The position numbers and the translations under genes are program-made. A stretch of 64,000 nucleotides of DNA from Rhizophagus irregularis (taxonomy: Eukaryota). Shown here piece after piece: positions 24,434-38,548 of this stretch; within the stretch, counting starts at the first letter, position 1, and every line of letters starts with the position of its first letter. The stretch covers positions 1,736,001 to 1,800,000 of the forward strand of contig NC_089433.1 of NCBI RefSeq assembly GCF_026210795.1. The letters are read 5' to 3'. The notes under the pieces were generated by a model, which saw only the letters and a program-made list of their open reading frames with translations, was not told the DNA's origin and made no database searches.

Positions 24434-26768
24434 CTAACATTTTACTCTATTTTCAAAAACTAAGCTACTTTGAGAAGGTATTGTAATTGGCCCAATATAT
24501 ATTTTTTTTTCAATTTTTCCACTTTTTGTTGAAATTTTGTATTTCATAATAAGCTTATGTAACAACAATTTCGTTTCAGTAATTGCAAAAAATCGACTGA
24601 TAAAAAAGAGAGAAAGATTGTATTAATTATAGGCAAAATTTAGATAAAATATTTGTTCATAAAATAATTTACCCAGGACATGCATGTCTGCCACCACCGA
24701 AAACAATATAAGAACGATCAACTTTTGTCGCAGGAGATTTTGCATTTACAAATCGAAATGGTTTAAATTCTTCAGCATCATCACCATAACATTCTTTTGC
24801 CTTTAACATATCATCGGCACACATAAGTACCTTACGTCCTGTACACAAAAAAGATTAGATGATAATAATACGCTTTTAATTTTATAAAAAAATTTTATTA
24901 TTTTACCTTTTAGAATTGTATAACCATTGGAGAAAGTGTAACTTTTCGATATCATGTAATGAGGCAAAGCAACTGAATAAAAATTAAATATAGTATTTCA
25001 ACAATTATGATATAATATGTATGAAGAGTTAAAGTATGCTTGCTTACGTATGTTATCACTGTGTCTTAATGATTCTTTAATAAAGCTATCTAATTTTTCC
25101 ATTTTTTGAATTTCGAGGATAGTTATTGTTCCATTACATTCTTTATTAATTGTTAATGCTTCTTCGTATAACTCATTTAATACTTCTGGTCTTCCTGCCA
25201 AATCTAAAATAATATAAATTATTAAAAAACTTTACATACTTACATAAATATCATCTTAAAAATTATATGGTTACCATATAATGCGTCAACAACTGTTCTG
25301 CTAGTTGTGTTTATTGAGGCAAAAACCAAAACAAGTAGATTTTCAATATGATAAGACAAATTTTCGGGGATTGTATAATCAAAATTCGGTTGATTCATAT
25401 AATATTCCAACAAATCATTCTAATATAGACATCATGGAATCAAATTAGTATAAAAATAAAATAAAATCATTAAACTACAATATTACTTACATAAGGTTTA
25501 TAATTGTTACCAAGTATTGTTTTTTCCTTTAAACGTTTTTCGATTACTGGTCTTAACCGATTCATTGCGACTTCTCGATGACGCGACACTGGATTCCATC
25601 CAAATTTCATAGGTAAACTAATAGATGAAAATTAGTATTAGTTAAAGAAAAACCTTATCTTTATAATGTATAAATTTCGGAAATGACGGCAAAAGTAACA
25701 TCTCACGTGATTACGATTTCGTGTAGTTTCGGGTGAATGAAAGATAAAATTGGTGGAATCATTAATAATGAACCCACATCAAAAGCAAAGCTTCCAAATG
25801 ACTTTATTAAATCTTCATGAATTGCAGCTTCCTAATATATGTTAATGTTTTATTGTTAATAACCTTTAAAGAATAATTTCACATAATTTATAAATAAATC
25901 TCATATAATTACTGACTTCCCCGGCAAATATGTTCGTAATTGATAAAGCAACGATATTATTTAACGTAATCCAAGTGTTATCAACTATCTTGGGATCTAA
26001 TATTTAATAAATATAAGAACAAGTGGTGATTAAGTAGACAAATGTAATAGGTGACATACCATTACAATCTCCAATCCACTTATCCATTCCCTTCATGAGA
26101 TACTTTTGTACGATGTTTGTATTTAATGCGAGTTTACCAGAAACTTGTTCTCTTGTAGTTTTAGCATGAAATATGTTACTTTCTTTGGTTATACCGGCAT
26201 TATAAGTAAAAAGTCGATGAAAAGGGAGAAGCTACCACGCCAAATAATAATAATTAATATTTGGTTGGTTAAATGTGGCATGATTTATTTAATAGTTAAT
26301 TTTAAATAATTACCTCATTTATTGCTGATGAAAAGTCAAAGTCATCGGAATTTCTAAACACTTCAGTCAATGAATCCCTTGAAACAACTGTCATCACATG
26401 TCCGAATACATAAATTGAAAAACAATCACCATACTAATAAACGAATATACGTATATGTCAAAAAAATTATTTTTCTTTTTCTTTTTTTCAAAAAAGATTA
26501 AAATATCTAAAGATTACCTGTTCTTTACATTCTTTAATGAATTTTTTTGGATTAAATAAATAATTATACGTATGTCCAAGAATTGGAATTGTATAAGGCA
26601 CAAATGGAGGTTCGTTCTATAAATTAAGGGTAAGCAAAGTTTAACAGAAATTAATTTGCTATCATAATTACGAACTCATTTACTTACTTTGCCTATACGA
26701 GGACGTTTTATGATATATAAAATTATCATAAAAATAACAAATATTTGAAACATTGAAACTTCAAACAT
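24434..26768 (-). CDS. Cytochrome P450 copy 1 (CYP68/CYP503/CYP512-like), 12 exons
   Basis: N-terminal anchor + PPFVPYTIPILGH, I-helix FASINTTS, LDSFIKESLR, FKPFRF, heme motif FGGGRHACPG|RFFA. Confidence 0.93.
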
Positions 26769-27615
26769 CTTGTAAGTCTTATTAATGTGTTAAAATGAAA
26801 GCATTAAAAAGAATAACTTCCAATGTAAAAATTTTTATTATGTGAAAATCGACGGTAATATATTTGCTCCAAATAGCAATATTCCCGAATAATCGAATTA
26901 CATTCGGTTAAATAATCATCATAAATCCATAGTACTTATCGTTCTATAAAGTCTGTAAAGAACTATCAATTAATAAAATTAATTACTGTAATATGATTCT
27001 GTAATATGATTCAAAAATTTCTAAGATATACTGTTAATTATAGGAGTTTGTTTCTTTTTATTATTTTCATTTCAAAAAATTTATCCCCTACTGTACAGCA
27101 CATCAACAAAACTATTTATATGGACCCATATAAAAAATTAGATTTTCTGATTAAATTATTGATTAATTACATTTTATAATAAAATTTCTAAATTGATATG
27201 TTTTCATACTTCCATATCATTAAATTCTTCCAATTATTCACATTCAAAATTCTACATAAGTATTCTAAATTGTCTCCTTTATGTGATAGTTTGTTTTTTT
27301 CCAGAAAAGATCGTTTATGTCTCAAAAATAAATAAAATGCCATTTTCGGGATGTATCCTACATAAGGAAAAATGTTTTTTCTTTGGTGTTTTTCAAACAA
27401 GCGAGACTGTTACATTATTCTCCAAGTTATTGGGCATTTATTTAAATTTTTATATTTCTGAATGATGGTTAAATACAAAGTTATCGAAGTTTTAAGATTT
27501 CAGATTTTTTAACAGCGTTAAAATCTTTAATAGTAAATTTTTCTGGGTCCATATATAGTTTTGATTTAATTAGTTGACCACACCCTAAATTGTGATAAAG
27601 CGCTTTGCAAAAAAA

Positions 27616-27985
27616 GGAGTCCATTTCAACAGATAAATAATATAGATCCATTTCACCGAATCTTATTTCGCCAAATGGACATTTCGCCGAAAATGGTGGC
27701 GATTAACATAAAAAATATTCATCGCGCAATGAAATAAACATTTCAGGATATTGTCACTTTAACATTCAAGTAACTGATATTAATTGTTAAGCAATAAATA
27801 AATAACTTTATTTTCCTGAAAACATTTATTCAAGAAAAAGTAGGTAAAAAAAGATTAATGTATTTATTATAAACAACAATAAAAAACAGATAATTCAAAA
27901 ATTTTTCTAGAAAAGATTTTTAGTATGAAAACAATAAAATAACCAAATGGAATACATAATTTTTCGGCGAAAAGTCCGGATACCA
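27616..27985. mobile_element. Degenerate MITE-like element
   Basis: ggacatttcgccgaaaat (about 27677) is inverted relative to attttttcggcgaaaagtcc (about 27959), with repeated atttc(a/g)cc subunits; TSD not identified. Confidence 0.4.
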
Positions 27986-28280
27986 TAATATAGTTAATTA
28001 TTTATTAAAGTTGCTTATTTATTAAAGTTATGCGGTAGTTTTATGCATTCGTTTAAAACAATAGAGCACAAGTTATTCAATTTTAAAAATTGGATTTTTT
28101 ACAAAAAAAAAGCAAATTCTAGAAAATATCATTATTAATGAATTATTATAAATAATAAAAATTTTATTTAATAATAACAACACAGGTATTCAACGAATAC
28201 CTGTAATACAAGATTAATAAAAATAAAAATTTATTTCTTTAATATATATTGATAATATTTGAAAAATTACTTAGGGTATC

Positions 28281-30615
28281 TTATTTTCTATTTTCAAAAA
28301 CTAAGCCACCTTCAGAAGGTGATGTAAATGGTCCAACAAATACTTTATCTTCAATTTTTCCACTTTCTGTTGAAACTTTGTATTTCATAATAATCTTATG
28401 TAAAAACAATTTTGTTTCACTAACTGCAAAAAATCGACTAATAAAAAAAAAAGGTTGTGTTAATAATAGGCAAAATTTTGCAGATAAAATATTTTGTTCA
28501 TAAAAATAAATACCCAGGACACGCGTGTTTTCCACCACCGAAGACAATATAAGAACGATCAACTTTTGTCGCAGGAGAATTTCTATTTAAAAATCGGAAT
28601 GGTTTAAATTCTTCAGCATCATCACCGAAATATTCTTTTGCCTTTAACATATCAATGGAATACAACATTATTTTACGTCCTGTATATACAAAAAAAAAAA
28701 AAAATTAAATGGATTAAATGTTAATAATAAATACACTTCATTAAAATATAAGATGATTTTTATTAATTTACCTTCTGGAATTGTAAAACCATTAGAGAAA
28801 GTGTAACTTTTCGATATCATGTAATGAGGCAAACCAACTGAATAAAAAATAAAAATATGGTATTTCAATATTACAATTATGATATAAATATGTATGGAGA
28901 GTTAAAGTATGCTTGCTTACGTATGCTATCACCGTGTCTTAAGGATTCTTTAACGAAGCTATCTAATTTCACCATTTTTTGAATTTCGGGGACAGTTACT
29001 AATCCATTACATTCTTTATCAATTATCAATGCTTCTTCATATAATTCATTTAATAATTCTGGTCTTCCTGCCAAATCTGAAATAATATAAAATTAAATAA
29101 ATAAACTTTATATGCACAAATATCATCTTAAAAATTATTGGTTACCATATAATGCGTCAACTGCTGCTCTACTCGTTGTGCTGATTGAGGCGAAAGTAAT
29201 AGCAAGTAGGTTATCAACATGAAAATGAAGATTATTGGGGTTTGTATTATCAAAATTCGGTAGATTCATATAATATTCCCATAAATCATTCTAGTATAAA
29301 CATTATAGGCACGAGTTAATATAATAATAATTTTCAAATTTTTCAAACAATAATTTTACTTACATAAGGTTTATAATAATTACCAAGCTCCTTTCTTTCC
29401 TTTAAACGTTTTTCAACTACTGGTCTTAAACGATTCATTACAACGTTTCGATGACGCGATACCGGATTCCATCCAAATTTAAGGGGTAAACTAATAAATA
29501 ATATTACTATCAGTTATCTGACAACTTTTTAATATAAATAACAGTAAAAAACAGTAAATATAAAACATGCTCACGTGATTACGATTTCGTGTAATTTCTT
29601 ATGAATGAAAAATAAAATCGGTGGAATTACCAATAATGGACCCACGTCAAAAGCCAAGTCTCCTAATGACTTCACTAAATCTTCATGAGATGCCGCCTCC
29701 TAATATATATTAATATTTTATTCATTATAAGTCTTAAAAAATAATGATTTACATAATTTATAAATTGATCTGATATAATTACTGACTTCTCCAACAAGTA
29801 TGTTCGCAATTGGTAAAGCGATGAGGAAATTAACCATATTCCAAGCGTTATAAACTACCTTGGGTTCTAAAATTCAAAAAATATAAGAATAAATGATAGA
29901 ATGCTGCGGTGAAGCAGACAAATGTGGTAAGTATCATACCATTACAATCACCAATCAATTTGTCTATTCCTTTTAAGAGATATTTTTGTGCGATGTCAAT
30001 ATTTATATCGAGTTTACCAGAAATTTGATCTCTTGTAGCTTTGACATGGAATGGGACGTTATTACCACTATAAGGAAGAAGTCGTTCTAAAGGAAGAGTC
30101 TATTAAAAAAAAAAATAGATTAATTTCGGTTTGATTAAGTGAGGCATGTTACACAATATTTTAAGGTAATTACCTCTTTTGCTGCTAATTCCATATCAAA
30201 GTCATTATTATTTCTAAACACTTCAGTCAACGAATCTCTTGAAAGAATTGTCACCACATCTCCGAATATATAAATTGAAAAACATTCACCATACTAATAA
30301 ACGGACATACGTATATGTTAAAAAACTCATTTTTTTTCAAAAAATAAATGTTAAAATGTTTAATGATTACCTGTTCTTTACATTTTTTAATGAAAGTTTT
30401 TGTGTTAAATAAATAATCATACGTATGTCCGAGAATTGGAATTGTATAAGGCACAAGTGGAGGTTCATTCTATAAAATTAAGGTAAGCAAAGTTTGCAAA
30501 ATTAATTGCTATAATTACGAATTCATTTACTTACTTTTCCTAAACGAGGACGGTTTATGATATAAAGAATTATTATAAAAATAACAAATAATTGAAACAA
30601 TGAAACTTCAATCAT
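28281..30615 (-). CDS. Cytochrome P450 copy 2, 12 exons
   Basis: Same exon structure; FASISTTS, LDSFVKESLR, FGGGKHACPG|RFFA. Confidence 0.93.
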
Positions 30616-30632
30616 TGTACAAGTCTTCTTTT

Positions 30633-30693
30633 TTGTAAGATAATGTATTAAAAAATGAAAATTGGCTTCCTTGTAAGATAATGTGTTAAAAAA
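30633..30693 (-). repeat. Upstream repeat unit ttgtaagataatgtgttaaaa, 2 copies before P450 copy 2
   Basis: Units at about 30633 and 30671, between a TATA-like run and the ATG. Confidence 0.7.
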
Positions 30694-30919
30694 GTGAAAA
30701 TATTTATAAAAAAAAAAAGATCAAAACTCGCATTTTTATAAAAAATTTGAGTAATCCGTTTGTTTGTATTGATTTTGTTATTTTCAACATATGATTTACA
30801 AAAATTTTTTTTATAACAGGTGCGATGTTCCAATTCCAATAAAAATAATAAAAAATTTTGGAAGTTTCCCACATCTTGAATAATGCATTCACGAGGTGGG
30901 TTGTTTCGGGAATTCATGA

Positions 30920-31585
30920 CCTACACTATGGGCGGGAATGACGTCATTTATAAAAAAGCCGATTTTCAAAAATTTGCAAATCTTGACGATCTTCCGAATA
31001 ATAATGTAGAAAGGTCAATTATTTAGTGAAACTCCAGAAACTCTAAATATTTAAGCGAATTGCCTTACAACAAACTATTAGTTTTACATAAAACTTTTAA
31101 GTTTTAAACTCAAGTATTTAGAATTTTTAGAGGTTTGCTTCAATTTTTTTAGTAATTGATCTTTTTTTACATAATTAATTATTCGAAAAAATCGCAAAGT
31201 TTCGCAAGTTTTTTAGCGAGATGGCTTGATTTACGCATATTGCTGAAAACTTTTGGGATTTTCAAATGTAATAATTCTGATCGGCGTTAAGCCAAAGACG
31301 GCATGCGTCATTTTTAAAATTATGCATGATCGTAATGGTATGAAACACCCAAATTTGGTAAGCAAAGTATCAGATTACGTCATTTCCCGTCATATTGTCT
31401 ATCCTTTATGGTATCCTTTCAAGGAAAAGAATTGGAAAGCGAAGATGTACGGGAATTTCACAAGGATTTTGTTCTGTACACGTGATGATCGTAAGTCACA
31501 CGCTCCTGCCTCCTGGGGGTTTGGTTCTTTTCCCGAAGGGAAAAAGCCATCGTCCGCTCCCCACGAAATTACTAAACTCCCCATG
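30920..31585. mobile_element. Probable non-autonomous insertion in the copy 2 upstream region
   Basis: Homology to the copy 3 upstream sequence (ttcacgaggtg...tttcgg) breaks near 30920; GC-richer ends with hairpin tcttttcccgaagggaaaaa near 31527. Confidence 0.35.
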
Positions 31586-31689
31586 AAATTACTTATATTG
31601 ATTTTAACAAATTAACGTTAATAAAAAGAGCTTTATAAAATTTTTTTTAGTATTACTATTTCTTTATTTCAAATTTCCTCAAAAAAAAA

Positions 31690-31792
31690 AAATCACAATC
31701 CCGTCATTCACAATCTCGACAAGTCATAATCCCGAAAATTCAAAATCCATTATTCCCGACATTCATACTCATCGGAATATCCCGACACTTGA
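31690..31792. repeat. Partial copy of the cccgac/atcccga repeat family also at 43160-43757, 35998-36030 and about 51380-51480
   Basis: cataatcccgaaaattcaaaatccatt is shared with about 43207-43233. Confidence 0.7.
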
Positions 31793-31904
31793 TCCTATAT
31801 TATAATGACATGAATGATTAAAATTTTGTATATTAAAAAACAGAACTTTATGATGCAAAAAATATTCAATATGGAGCAAAATTTTTTTAAAAAAATTATT
31901 TATC

Positions 31905-32300
31905 ACCAAGCTCATTTTTTTTTTCTTTAAATGTTTTTCAATTACTGGACTTAGTCGACTTCTCGATGATGTGGCACTGGATTTCATCCAAATTTCATAG
32001 GCAAACTAATAAATAATTAGTAATAGTTGTAAATAATGATAAATATTGGCAATGTCATGACAGCAAAAGTAACATGCTTAGGTGATTACGATGTCGTATA
32101 GTTTCTGGTGAAAATTGGCGGAATTATTAATATTAGACCCAGAAGCAAAGTTTCCAAATAACTTTACTAGATCTTTATGAGATGCCGCTTCCTGATGTAT
32201 ATTTATATTTTATTGATAATAGCTCTTAAAGAATAAGTTCACATAATATATTAATTTTCTTATATAGTTAACTTCAACAAATATGTTCACAATCGATAAA
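31905..32300 (-). pseudogene. P450 fragment (degenerate exons 5-7)
   Basis: Matches catccaaatttcataggcaaactaat and ggcggaattattaat...gagatgccgcttcct of the intact copies, with deletions. Confidence 0.75.
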
Positions 32301-32618
32301 ACAAAAATTTAATGTAAATAATGATTCAATGTAGTAGTTCAAAATGCATTGAATTTCTATACAGTATTTTATAAAGGGACTGATATCAATTTTATATGTA
32401 ACAAAATAATTGATTTTAATTGATCATTCAGTTATTGTTAATCTAAATTGTAATAATGCGTTTATATAAAAAAGATAATTGAGAAATTAATTACATCATT
32501 AAATATATTCATTATTAACAAATGAATTTGCCTTTTTTTTTAGTTTAAATAATTTTATATTTCAAACCGACGCTCTATCCGTATTCTATGACAACACCGT
32601 TCCAGAGGAAAATACCAT

Positions 32619-34945
32619 TTAATTATTTTTTACTCTATTTTCAAAAACTAAGCCACCTTGAGAAGGTGATGTTGATGGTCCAATAAGCATTTTATCTTCA
32701 ATTTTTCCACTTTCTGTTGAAACTTTGTATTTCATAATAACCTTATGTAAAAACAATTTTGTTTCATTAATTGCAAAAAATCGACTAATAGTAAAAAAAA
32801 GAAAGGTTTTGTTAATTATAGGCAAAATATGCAGATAAAATATTTTGTTCATAAAAATAAATACCCAGGACACGCGTGTTTGCCACCACCGAAGACAATA
32901 TAAGAACGATCAACTTTTGTTGCAGGAGAATTTCTATTTAAAAATCGGAATGGTTTAAATTCTTCAGCATCATCACCGAAGGATTCTTTTGCCATTAACA
33001 TATCATTGGTATACAACATTGTCATCCGTCCTGTATACAAAAAAAAAAGATTAGATGTTAATAATAAATACATTTATTAAAACATAAATGAATTTTATTA
33101 ATTTACCTCCTGGAACTGTAAAACCATTAGAGAAAGTGTAACTTTTCGATATTACATAATGAGGCAAAGTAACTGTATAAAAAATAAAATATGATATTTC
33201 AAAATTATTTCAATATTACAATTAATTTAATATGTATGAAGCGTTAAAGTTATGCATACTTAAGTTGCCACCAAATCTTAATGATTCTTTAACGAAACTA
33301 TCTAATTTCACCATTTTTTGAATTTCGGTCAAGGTTACTAATCCATTACATTCTTTATCAATTGTCAATGCTTCTTCATATAATTCATTTTTTAATTCTG
33401 GTCTTCCTGCCAAATCTAAAATAATATAAAATTAAATAAATAAAACTTTACATGTACAAATTTCATCTTAAAATTATATAGTTACCATATAATGCGTCAA
33501 CTGATGCTCTACTTGTTGTGTTGATTGAGGCGAAAGTAATAGCAAATAGATTATCAATATGATAAAGAAGATTATTGGGTTTTGTAATATCAAAATCCGG
33601 TTGATTCATATAATATTCCAATAAATCATTCTAGTATAAGCATTATAGACACGAGTTAATATAATAATAATTTTCAAATTTTCATACAATAGTTTTACTT
33701 ACATAAGGTTTATAATTATCACCAAGCTCCTTTCTTTCTTTTAAACGTTTTTCAACTACTGGACTTAAACGATTCTTTACAATGTTTCGATGACGTGATA
33801 TTGGACTCCATCCAAATTTAAAGGGTAAACTAATAAATAATATTACTATCAGTTATCTGACAACTTTTTAATATAAATAACAGTAAAAAACAGTAAATAT
33901 AAAACATGCTCACGTGACTACGATTTCGTGTAATTTCTTATGAATGAAAAATAAAATCGGTGGAATTACCAATAATGGACCCAGATCAAAAGCCAAGTCT
34001 CCTAATGCCTTCACTAAATCTTCATGAGATGCCGCTTCCTAATATATATTAATATTTTATTCATTATAAGTCTTAAAAAATAATGATTTACATAATTTAT
34101 AAATTAATCTGATATAATTACTGACTTCTCCAACAAGTATGTTCGCAATTGGTAAAGCGATGATGCAATTAACCAATTTCCAAGTTTTATAAAATACCTT
34201 GGGTTCTAAAATTCAATAAATATAAGAATAAATGATAGAATGCTGCGGGGAAGTAGACAAATGTGGTAAGTATCATACCATTACAATCACCAATCAATTT
34301 TTCCATTCCTTCTAAGAGATATTTTTGTGCAATATCAATATTTATATCGAGTTTACCAGAAACTTGTTCTCTTGCAGTTTTGGCATGGAATGGGATGTTA
34401 CTACCACCATAAGGAAGAAGTCGGTTTAAAGGAAAAGTCTATTAAAAAAAAAAGATTAATTTCAAGTGAGGCATGTTACACAATATTTTAAGGTAATTAC
34501 CTCTCTTGTTGCTGACGACATATCAAAGTCATTATGATTTCTAAACACTTCAGTCAATGAATCTCTTGAAAGAATTGTCACCACTTCTCCGAATATATAA
34601 ATTGAAAAACAGTCACCGTACTAATAAACGGATATAATATATGTTAAAAAACTCATTTTTTTCAAAAGAAGAGTTAAAATGTTTAATGATTACCTTTTCT
34701 TTACATTCTTTCAAGAATTTTTTTGTGTTAAATAAATAATCATACGTATGTCCGAGAATTGGAATCGTATAAGGTACAAATGGAGGTTCGTTCTATAAAA
34801 TAAAGTAAGGTAAGAAAAGTTTACAAAATTAATTTGATACAATTACGAATTCATTACTTACTTTGCCTATACGAGGACGTTTTATGATATAAAGAATTAT
34901 CATAAAAACAACGAATAATTGAAATGTACTAGAAACTTCAATCAT
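32619..34945 (-). CDS. Cytochrome P450 copy 3, 12 exons
   Basis: FASINTTS, LDSFVKESLRFGG, FGGGKHACPG|RFFA. Confidence 0.93.
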
Positions 34946-34963
34946 TGTGTAAGTCTTTTTTTT

Positions 34964-35100
34964 TTTGTAAGATAATATATTAAAATGGAAATCAACAGCT
35001 GTCTTGTAAGATTAATGTGTTAAAAAGTGGAAATTATCTTTCTTGTAAGATAATGCGTTAAAATGAAATTGGCTTTCTTGTAAGATAATGTGTTAAAAAA
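34964..35100 (-). repeat. Upstream repeat unit, 4 copies before P450 copy 3
   Basis: ttgtaagataat units at about 34965, 35004, 35043 and 35079. Confidence 0.75.
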
Positions 35101-36039
35101 AATGAAAAGTTTATAAAAAAAAAAGTGATTAAAACTACATTTTTATAGAAGTCAATCCGGCGTTATAGTAGATCCTTTGTCTTGAATATTTAACAAAATT
35201 TTTGATTTTTTCAATGCCAAAAGCGGTGTGATGTGCATCAATATTTACGTCCAAATTTTTGGAAGTTTCCAATGCACTTCTATTCACGAGGTGTATCGTT
35301 TCGGAAAATCGGCATCTTGACGGGAATATATTTGAACCGAATAGCCGGTGTTAATAGTAGTGCCGCAATCCCGAATTACCAAATCCAGTCAACCTCGGAT
35401 TTTGCCTTTTTCTCCACTGAAACCAGTGGGAGGTCAGTTTTTCTAATATTGTGCACGGATTTTATATTAAGATACGATATTTTTTTTTCTTTCTTATTAT
35501 CCTCTTGACTACTATGTTATTTTTATTATATTCAAATATTTTAAATATATATATATGTGTGGATGAAATTATATATATCTCTATGATGCAAAAAAAATAT
35601 GATATAAAACAAAATTTTATTTTTTCTAAAAATAAAAATTAATTCGTGATCCCACAACTGCTAAATGCGTGGCGTCAAATGAAAGAAATTTATTTTAAAA
35701 AACAAATTATTTGAAACTTTGGGATAAATATTATGTATTAAATATGTCAGAGTACTAATGGGTTTAATTTGCGCCGAAATCATATATGAATTTTTTGCTC
35801 ACTAAATATTAATAAAAATATTAATTTTATACATTAAGTAATATAAAATTGTGTGTAAATTCAATAAGCATAACTATTGGTACATGTGCATAATAGTCCT
35901 ATTGTAATAGTTACTAATTTTAAAAAAAAACCATTAATTTTTACAATTAAAACATTATTATTACGTCAATAATGTAAATTTCAAAAAAAAATAATATAAT
36001 AAGTGTCGGGATAATAAGTGTCGGGATGATTTATAAGAT

Positions 36040-36360
36040 TATTTTTTCCTTAAATGTTTTTTAATTACTTAATGTGACCATCCAAATTTCATAGGTAAAC
36101 TAAGAGATAATTGGTGATAGTTATCAGATAAGTTTTTTTTATAATTATAAATATTGGCAACGACAACAAAAGTAGCCTACTTACGTAATTGCGGTTTCGT
36201 GCGTGTACAGTAGTTTGAATGAAAGACAAAATTGGTGGAATTATTAATATTAGACCCAGATCAAAAGCAAAGTTTCCACTGAACCTTCATGAAATACCGC
36301 TTCTTTATGTATATTTATATTTATTGTTAATTACTCTTAAAGAATAATTTCACATAATTG
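36040..36360 (-). pseudogene. Second P450 fragment (degenerate exons 6-7)
   Basis: catccaaatttcataggtaaact and aaattggtggaattattaatattagacccagatcaaaagcaaagtttcc match P450 exons. Confidence 0.72.
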
Positions 36361-37151
36361 ATAAAACAAGTCTTCCTTTGCAAAATTCAATGCAATCCTT
36401 GACTACTTCGTGCTGACTGTATTTAGTAAAAGTTGTTTACATTATTAAATTCAATAAAATGCCCACCAATAATATTATTATTATCGGTTTGACGGGACCG
36501 TTCATGCAATTTTTATAATAAACTCCCATTACTATCCAATAATTTTATTATTATGCTAATATATAGTAACGACCTAAATAACAATTATGTAAAATCTGCA
36601 TGAACTTATGAAAATAACTGATAATAAAATCCGTACATAGATTAGAAAAACTAACCGTCGTCGGAGACTGTAAAAAAGAAAAAGGACAAAAAAAAAAAAT
36701 TTCTAAAGGTTTTAGGAGATTATAGTGTAAACTTCAAAAAAATTTGTTTATTGAAATTGGAAGTAAATCTACACTGCTCTTGGTATTAAACATGTAAAAA
36801 AAAAAAAATTGTACTGGTTTCGCAAATTTTGAAATTATAAGTTGTAAAGCTATCTTTAAATGATACTTCTTCTTTGCCTCCCTCAGAAACTAGTACTGCC
36901 CTACCATCTACCATATTACAAATCACTTGATTAGGAATCACATTGGCGTATTTTTTTATTTCCAAAGTAGTCACGCAGCTTGTTTATAAGAATAAGAAAC
37001 AAAGGATCGCCATAAATTTCCATAAAGGACTTTTTTTATAAGCATTTTCATTTTTAGTACATTATCTTACAAGAAAGCTAGTTTCCATTTTAACACATTA
37101 TCTTACAAGACAGTTGATTTCACATTATCTTACAAAGAAAAGGCTTACACA

Positions 37152-38548
37152 ATGATTGTTTCAAATATTTATTTTTATGATAATTCTTTATCTGTTATAC
37201 CATAAGACGTCCTGAATTCGGAATTGTAGCTTATTCTATAGAACGAACCTCCACTTGTACATTATACGATTCCAATTCTCGGACATACATATGATAAAAA
37301 AAATTCATTAAAGAATGTAAAGAACAGGTAATCTTTAATTTTAACTTTCTTTTTGAAATAAAAGTGAGCCTTTTAACATTTAGTACGTATATCCATTTAT
37401 TAGTATGGTGATTGTTTTTCAATTTATGTATTCGGACATGTGATGACAATTCTTTCAAGAGATTCATTGATATGATATCAGCGAAATTAATATATAAACA
37501 TTTTTTTAATAGACTTTCCCTTTAGAACGACTTCTTACTTATAGTGGTGATAACGCCAAATTTCATGCTAAACTGCAAGAGAACAAATTTCTTGTAAATT
37601 CTATATATATTGGTGTCGTACAAAAATGTAATGGTCTACTTTACCGCAGTATTCTATCATTTATTGAATGTTAGGACCCAAGTGAGAAGTTAGTAATTAT
37701 ATCAGATCAATTTATAAATATGTAAATTATAATTCTTAAAGACTTATTATGAGTAAAACATTAATATACATTAGGAAGCGGCATCCCATGAAGATTTAGT
37801 GAAATCGTTAGGAAACTTGGTTTTTGATCTGGGTCCATTATTGGTAATTCCGCCGATTTTATTTTTCATTCATAAGAAACTATTCGAATTCGTACTCACG
37901 TGAACATGTTTTACATTTACCGATATTTATATTAAAAAAGTAGTCTGATAACTGACAGTAATATTATTTATTAATTTACCCTTTAAATTTGGATGGAATC
38001 CATCAAACATTATAATAAATCGTTTAAGACCAGTAGTTGAAAAACGTTTAAAAGAATGAAATGAGCTTGGTGATAATTATAAACCTTATGGAAGTAAAAT
38101 TATTGCTTGAAAATTTGAAAATTATAACCCGTGTTTATAATGTTTTATTGATTTATTGGAACATTATATGAATCGACCGAATTTTGATAATACAAAACCC
38201 AATAGTCTTTTTTATCATGTTGATAACCTACTTTTTTATCACTTTTTCTTCAATCAACACAATAAGTAGAGCAGCAGTTGATGCATTATATGGTAATCAT
38301 ATAATTTTAAAGATGATGTAAAGTTTTATTGTCCGGAGCGAAGCGAAGGACAAAATATGTTTACGCACTATGAAAAAAAATCGATCATGTGAATTTCCTG
38401 TCCGCCACGTGATCGTCACTCAACAAATTTTAGTTTTCGTCCCGGACTTACAACGGTTCCCGTTTCCTAGTATTACTTTTGATTAAGGAAGACCAGAATT
38501 GTTAAATAAATTATATGAAGAAGCCATTGACATTTGATAAAGAATGTA
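37152..38548 (+). pseudogene. Inverted, 3'-truncated P450 pseudogene (exons 1-9)
   Basis: Plus-strand homology to the array (gaacgaacctccacttg, gaagcggcatcccatgaagatttag, ggaagaccagaattgttaaataaattatatgaagaag) with deletions, frameshifts and a premature tga near 38057; retains 3 upstream repeat units at 37060-37135. Confidence 0.88.
38325..38472 (+). mobile_element. Short insertion in a pseudogene intron, Helentron/HINE-like layout
   Basis: 5' hairpin ttgtcc-ggagcgaagcgaa-ggacaa, inverted gtccgg/ccggac, 3' stem-loop acgg-ttc-ccgt then ctagt; partial matches at 47991 and 63916. Confidence 0.45.

Noticed and set aside
31253..31615. Overlapping short ORFs on both strands
   Set aside because: Lie within a probable non-coding insertion and show no protein motifs
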